Below, in pieces: positions 58,264-64,000 of a DNA stretch of 64,000 nucleotides. Every line of letters begins with the position of its first letter. Within the stretch, counting starts at the first letter, position 1. This DNA is from the human T2T-CHM13v2.0 reference genome, Homo sapiens, in assembly GCF_009914755.1 (NCBI RefSeq), contig NC_060936.1; one strand, written 5' to 3'. The translations under genes and the position numbers were made by a program. The notes under the pieces were generated by a model. The model saw nothing but the letters and a program-made list of their open reading frames with translations, was not told the origin of the DNA and did no database searches.

Positions 58264-59726
58264 TAAAACCACCAAAAACTTAAACATCCGTGTGCAAGCT
58301 AAGGTCTCCGGGTTCATGTGTGTACTCCTGCCATGATCCCGCCTACTCTGTTCTTTACAGCTTCTCCATAATGAGTCTGAAATTTGTTAATCAGCAAGCT
58401 CGCTTCTCAGTGCTGTCTTTTCAGCCTCCCTTCCCCGCTCACCCCTCGACGGAGCATCCCAGCTGTTTCCCTGATGTCTGTATCAGCCCGGGCACATTTA
58501 ACAGGAATTCACTTCCATCTTCATCTTATTCTAGGAAGTAGATCATGTTTTAAGGAATAACAAAGATGAGTTCAGAACATTCTTTCATAAAACACAGAGA
58601 ACAACAGATATTTAGAAAATTGGCTTTCCGGCCATGACCTCCAACAAATCATTCTGATTTTCTGCCATATTAAATTCTTTATGATGAAATCTAACAAAAT
58701 TCAGTGGAAGAGTTTTGGAGGTAGTATCTGTAAATCAATAGCTAGCAACCGCTACCCCTCAGGTAGTTCCCACTATGCAAAATAGGGCAAAGTGGGATGG
58801 GGGTGCAGAATGGAGTAGTGAATAAGAACACAGTCGTCAATGTCACTTGACCATGAGTTCAAATCCAGGCTTTGCCACTTAATAGCAAGTCAGTTTCACC
58901 TTTTTAAGCCTCTATTTGCTGTCCTATAGAATGGGAATAATAATATGGCAAGGACTCAATGGACTCATCTATTTCATATAAGAATGCACTTGGGACAGTG
59001 CAGAGCACATAGGAGATTGGCATTAGTCCCATTTCACAGATGGGGATTGGCATTAGTTCTGGTAGGACTGGCATTAGTTCCATTTCACAGATGGGGAAAC
59101 TGAGACTGGGGAGTAAAGTTACCTCACTCAAGGTCACTGAACTCCTGAGTGACAGGGCCAGGACTCAAACCTAGGTCTTTCTGACAGCAAACGTCTTTCC
59201 ATCCATTCTTGCCACACTTCACTTCTCAGCTGTCAGGTTAAACCACACCACTTCCCGATGCTACTATTTAAACAGCCCCAGCACATGAATATTAAATGTG
59301 AGTATATCTGCCAAGAAAACCATCCCCATCTAAGAGTCCACTGTTAGTCCATGCGTGCTCCATCCCTCCCAGAACCCCACCTCCATTTACCACCTTTTAA
59401 CCTGGTACATTACACGACATCACATGGTGTTTCTGACGATCTTGCTCTCAAAAACTCATTGGGTCGATAAGAGAAAGGATGCTGTTCACACATGCTGTAG
59501 GAAAGGTGGGCAGGGCAGAGACTTGACTTTGTTTTCTAGGAAACAAAGAATGGAGTCATCACCGGTGCTCTGCAGAGCAATGGAAACACTGAAAGCTCTG
59601 AAGCCAATGGCACATCCAAGGGAAGCAAAGACAGAAAATCAAAATCAACTGTCCCCAAGATGGCTTTTATGCAACCAGGTTGGGAGTCATCACAGAGCAC
59701 CAAACAAAGGATATCTGCAGAGACGG

Positions 59727-60140
59727 TGTATTAGTCCATTCTCACACTGCTCCAAAGAAATACCTGAGACTGGGTAATTTATACAGAAAAGAGGTTTAAT
59801 TGGCTCACAGTTTCGCAGGCTGCACAGGAAGCATGATGCTGGCATCTGGTCCTGGGGAGGCCTCAGGGAGCTTTTACTCATGGCAGAAGGCAAAGTGTGA
59901 GCAGGCATCTTACATGGCAGGAGCAGGACCAAGAGGGAGATGGGGGAGGTGCCACAAACTTTTAAACAACCAGATCTCACAAGAAATCACTATTGAAAGG
60001 ACAGCACCAAGGGGGCATGGTGTTAACCCATGAGAAACCACCCCCATGATCCAATCACCTCCCACAAGGACCCACCTCCAGCATTAGGAATTACATTTCA
60101 ACATGAGATTTGGGTGGAGACACAGATCCAAACCGTATCA
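59727..60140 (-). mobile_element. MST solo LTR
   Basis: tgtattagtccattctcacactgct...caaaccgtatca; TSD gacgg/gatgg. Confidence 0.9.
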
Positions 60141-60207
60141 GATGGTGATGGGGTTTTGCTTGGTTTTTATTTTCTCCTAATTTTTTTTATCTTTTCCTGA
60201 TTTTCTA

Positions 60208-60329
60208 TTAGGTTGGTGCAAAACTAATTACGGTTTTTGCCATTTTAATGGCAAATGAATTTTCGGCATTCATTCAATGGCAAGTGAATTTCAATGGCAA
60301 AAACTGCAATTACTTTTGCACCAACACAA
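60208..60329. mobile_element. MADE1 with internal duplication
   Basis: TIRs ttaggttggtgcaaaa ... ttttgcaccaac; aatggcaa repeated three times inside. Confidence 0.85.
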
Positions 60330-60779
60330 CATAACACAATGTTCATTAATGTCAAAACCAGATTAAAATATTAAATATGAGGTTGTATTACAAATATGTT
60401 ACCGGGGTAGGGAGACACATGAATGAGTGTCAGCAAGGAGTATAAAGACCTAACAGTATGGGAAGTAGAGCAGGTAAGTTTTGATGGGAAGGGAGTTGAT
60501 CTACAAAGATCTGGAGAAATTTGGAGAAGTAGGAGGGTTCTGAATACCCTAGAATCGTGATTTATGACAATTTTTGGGGGGGCGAGGCGCATGACCACAA
60601 TTCTGGATATGCATTTTAGCCATGGAAAACTCTGGGAACCTCAGGCATAAGATCAAAAGGAGTATCCAAAGTTATCATCTGTAAAGGGATCCTTGATTAA
60701 CTTAAGGGGAGGACCTGCTTTATAGTCCCAAAGTGGCCTGGGGCCAAGACATTTGCATAAGGTGTACCCATAATTACTT

Positions 60780-61240
60780 GCTTTCACTCTCATTTCCATT
60801 TCCTGCTCCCACCGGGGGCTGATCCTTGCAAACTACATTTCCCAGGGGCCCTTGCAGCTGGCTTCCAAGTAGGTTCAGCCAATAGCAGGCACCATCAGGA
60901 ACTGAAGGGTGAGAGTTAAGCAGAAGCCAGGGCATTTCATCCCTTCTCTCATTCGGCTTATGGTGGCACCTCTAGCTAAAACTACATCTCCTCCATGAGT
61001 CTAGCTTATGCCAAGTGGCCCTATTCCAGGGCTTCTGAAGGCCACCTCTTCTTCCCTTAATTCCTCCAGCCCTGGAGATGGTAGAGGTTTCCTTTTGCTA
61101 ATCTCTAGCTTGCCTCATCATTCCTTATGTGACTTTTGAGCTCTTCCAGCACCTTTGTAACCACTCCCCTGTATTAAATTCCCTTTGTTGAACTACCTGT
61201 CATGAGTTCTGATTTCCTGCCTAGACCCTGCCTGATCCAG
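60780..61240 (+). mobile_element. Old ERVL LTR (LTR33/LTR16-like)
   Basis: aggttcagccaatagcaggcacc...cccctgtattaaattccct...ttcctgcctagaccctg. Confidence 0.55.
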
Positions 61241-62199
61241 TATGTTAAAATAAACTATTAGCTTACATCATTCCAGACTCTTAGATGACTCAATTTAAAT
61301 TGGCATTAAACATTTCTACTTTGCCTGCCTTGAGAGAATTAGTCAAAATTGCTTTACAAACATGAAAAACGCTATTATTTTATTAAAATTAATCTATGTG
61401 AATTGTAGAAAAATTAGGAAAAAAGATAACCAAAACAAAAAATTATCGTTTAATTGCCTATAATTCAAATGCCCTGAGATAACATCTCTATTAACAATTT
61501 ATTGTATTTACTTCCAGCTTGTTATATTAGTACATATATGCCTTGTCATATGTCAATATTTTAAAACCTAATTTGTATCAGATCACATACATTTCTGGAA
61601 ATGTCTATAGATTTTATAAGCATAAATCTTAGAGCTTCTCTATGATCTACTATCTTTACGTTTTGTAGCATGCATTTTCATCTGAAATTACATTCCATTA
61701 CCACCTTTCCACATTAGTGAATAAACAGCCATAGCAGCACTAAGTGGTAGCACCAAGACTCAAATGCATCACATACCACTGTCTGGATAGACCATGATTT
61801 ATCCCCACAATGCCTATGGTGGGACATTTAGGTATTTTTCACTATTATTCACACTGCTGTGATAAACATCCTCGGGGATAAATCTCTTCATCCTGGCGAC
61901 ATAATTTCCTTGGCTGGGGCAAGAGGATATGTATTTCTAAAGCTTGTCACACATATGTCTAAATTGCCCTCTAGAAAGGTTGTAGAGAGAGTGATTTTTG
62001 AATGTTTTATAAACTTTTTAATCTACTATTTAACTTATTTAACTTATTAACTTTTAATTTAACTTATTATTTTTCACTTAATATCAAATGATGTTTGTAA
62101 ATGTCCTGAGAACTAGTTATTTCTGCTGGCTTATTATAATTTTAATTAAACAAAACTATAATTATAAAGTTATAATCATAAACCTACCTTTATAATTAT

Positions 62200-62600
62200 A
62201 AAATTATACTTTGACAAAAATGGTTTCCTGAGAATCCATTGAAATGCTGACATAGTTGTGAGGCTTGGGGGTGCGTGCATCTCATGCTGCTAAAGTCGGT
62301 GTCAAGTTGAGGACGCAATTCAGTACCAATCCCAGTCAATACAAATCCACTCTTACACAATGATGTGAATTCCTGGTGCACAGGCAGCTATCATTAGGTG
62401 ACATTTGAAAAAAAAATGCTTGAATGTTGGACATTATCATAGTTGTTTCATGAAGAAGGTAAAATTTAGGATGTTTAGGAGAGTGGTACAGACATGACCG
62501 TGGCATAAAACAGGGTTTCAATCATGTGTTTTCAAATTATCTGGCAGGAAAATTTCTGATGTGCTTATTTTTCCTTCATTTATAAATATGCTTAGTTCAC
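62200..62600 (-). pseudogene. hAT (Charlie-like) transposase C-terminal fossil
   Basis: ORF 62196..62381(-) SLCKSGF-VLTGIGTELRPQLDTD resembles the hAT dimerisation motif LCExGFSxLxxIKTKxRNRLD; broken frame. Confidence 0.5.
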
Positions 62601-62859
62601 AGCATCTTTTTGGAAAGTTACTTTGGGCCTGCAGGAAATATATAATGAGGTTCTCCAAAATAAGTGGGATTAGAAAGACAGGCAACCTTGTTTTCAAATA
62701 TTTGATCTCAACATGGCCAATCTCATTGCTTTCACTATAAAATACACCAGAATGGGGGTCATCTGATCTTGATACCTCAAAAGCAGTGTTGGGAAAAGAA
62801 AAAGAACTAGTTAAAAGAAGTCTCAGTCTCTTAGCTGTTTTGCCACTCCCAAGAGAGGG

Positions 62860-63260
62860 ATGTATTTCAGATAGAATTTTGTGGCTGCAGGTAACAGAAA
62901 ACCTAATTTAAGCTGTTATAAATAATAAAGGAAATGTTCATGAGAAGTCAAGATTCCAGTGAAGCTTGATCAGTTCAACAAGGCACCGTGGAACGAGTTT
63001 TTCTCTGACTCTCTTCTCTGCCTTTCCTCCATATCATCTTTGCCCAAGGCTGGCTACCCTCATGGGCACGAAATGGCTGCAAGCAACTCGCAGGGGCTCT
63101 CTGCTTCCCCATTTCTAGTCAGTAAGGAAAGAGAACATCTCTGCCTGTGCTTCTCAGAAGCCCCTAGAAAATGCTTGCATCTCATTTGCCCAAACTGGGT
63201 CACATGACCATCCATAAACTAACCACTTTGACAGGGGATGGTTTGTGCTGTTTGGCTTCA
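62860..63260 (-). mobile_element. MLT1-type LTR relic
   Basis: tgtatttcagatagaattttgtggctgcaggtaacagaaaacc...tgggtcacatgaccatcc. Confidence 0.6.
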
Positions 63261-63699
63261 GTCATTCAGGGCCTCCCCTGCTGCTGGTAACCATGAGCAT
63301 CTCCCAAGATGCAAGTGCTGAGTGAAGGAAAGGCAAAGGGCCTAACCAGGGAACTAACTGGTATCAACAGGGAGGGTGAACAGATGTTGTATGTGTGAGA
63401 CAAACGAATGTTCATTATGCAAAAGCATGGGAAAGTACTCCTAGGGTTCCTTACATGCCTCATCAGAGGGTGGTCTCTCCACCCGCTTCACCCATCCCTC
63501 AAGATGAACACTGATGGGTCTGCCATCAATTTCCAGCCAAGGGGTTGAGGCCCCCTGGTATACTGAAATGAGCAAGATAAAGTACCTGTAATTCATTACT
63601 AAGAATAGCCAAAGAGACAGTTTTTAAATTATTTCATTGTTTCCTATCCAATTGGCCTGATTCAAAGCCATCCATATGTTTTGTTTTGTTTTGCATCCT

Positions 63700-64000
63700 T
63701 TATGTTTTGCTTTCTTTTCTTTTTTCTTTTATTTTTATTTATTTATTTTTGTTTTGTTTTTTTGAGAGAGGGTCTCGCTCTGTCACCAGGCTGCACTGCA
63801 GTGGCGCGATCTCAGGTGACAGCAGCCTTGACCTCTTGGGCTCAAGCGATCCTCCTACCTCAGCTTCCTGAGCAGCTGGGATTACAGGCATGCACCACAC
63901 ATGCTTGGCTAATTTTTTTGTATTTTTTGTAGAGACAGGGTTTTGTCATGTTGCCCTGTCTGGTCTCAAATTCCTGAGCTCAAGCCATCCTCCCGCCTCA
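63700..64000 (-). mobile_element. AluJ, truncated by the window end
   Basis: cagccttgacctcttgggctcaagcgatcctcc. Confidence 0.92.

Noticed and set aside
62157-62200. 13-bp inverted repeat tataattataaag/ctttataattata
   Set aside because: Very AT-rich low-complexity context; plausible by chance.

Overview
Primate (very probably human) non-coding genomic DNA, intergenic or deep-intronic. I find no credible protein-coding exon, RNA gene or CRISPR array. The ORFs I could assign are Alu, L1, LTR or low-complexity artefacts, and the rest are short with no recognisable homology. A large part of the window is interspersed repeats: about 25 Alu/FLAM copies, L1M and L2 relics, many MIRs, solo LTRs (MER41B, MER50-like, THE1, MST, MLT1, LTR33-like, LTR12, MER31-like) and DNA-transposon fossils (MER5A, MER20, MER58A, MER63, MADE1, a hAT transposase relic). 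Between the repeats are unique blocks rich in developmental TF motifs (about 3.0, 6.1, 24.1, 30.7, 42.6 and 50.6 kb), which suggests a regulatory gene desert. The most notable observations are: (i) several short-range templated duplications that standard repeat annotation does not explain, namely a ~225-bp direct duplication bracketing an endoderm-type enhancer, a 72-bp templated insertion, a ~230-bp inverted duplication with a junction hairpin, and tandem/fold-back scars; (ii) an LTR12 inserted in an AluJ, with a ~370-bp G-quadruplex-prone expansion and a mutated poly(A) signal, pointing at an inverted Alu pair; (iii) a MER41B LTR with both tandem STAT1 GAS sites intact. I cannot identify the chromosomal locus. 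Repeat subfamily names are recalled from consensus sequences, not from a search. I see no evidence for a genuinely new gene system.
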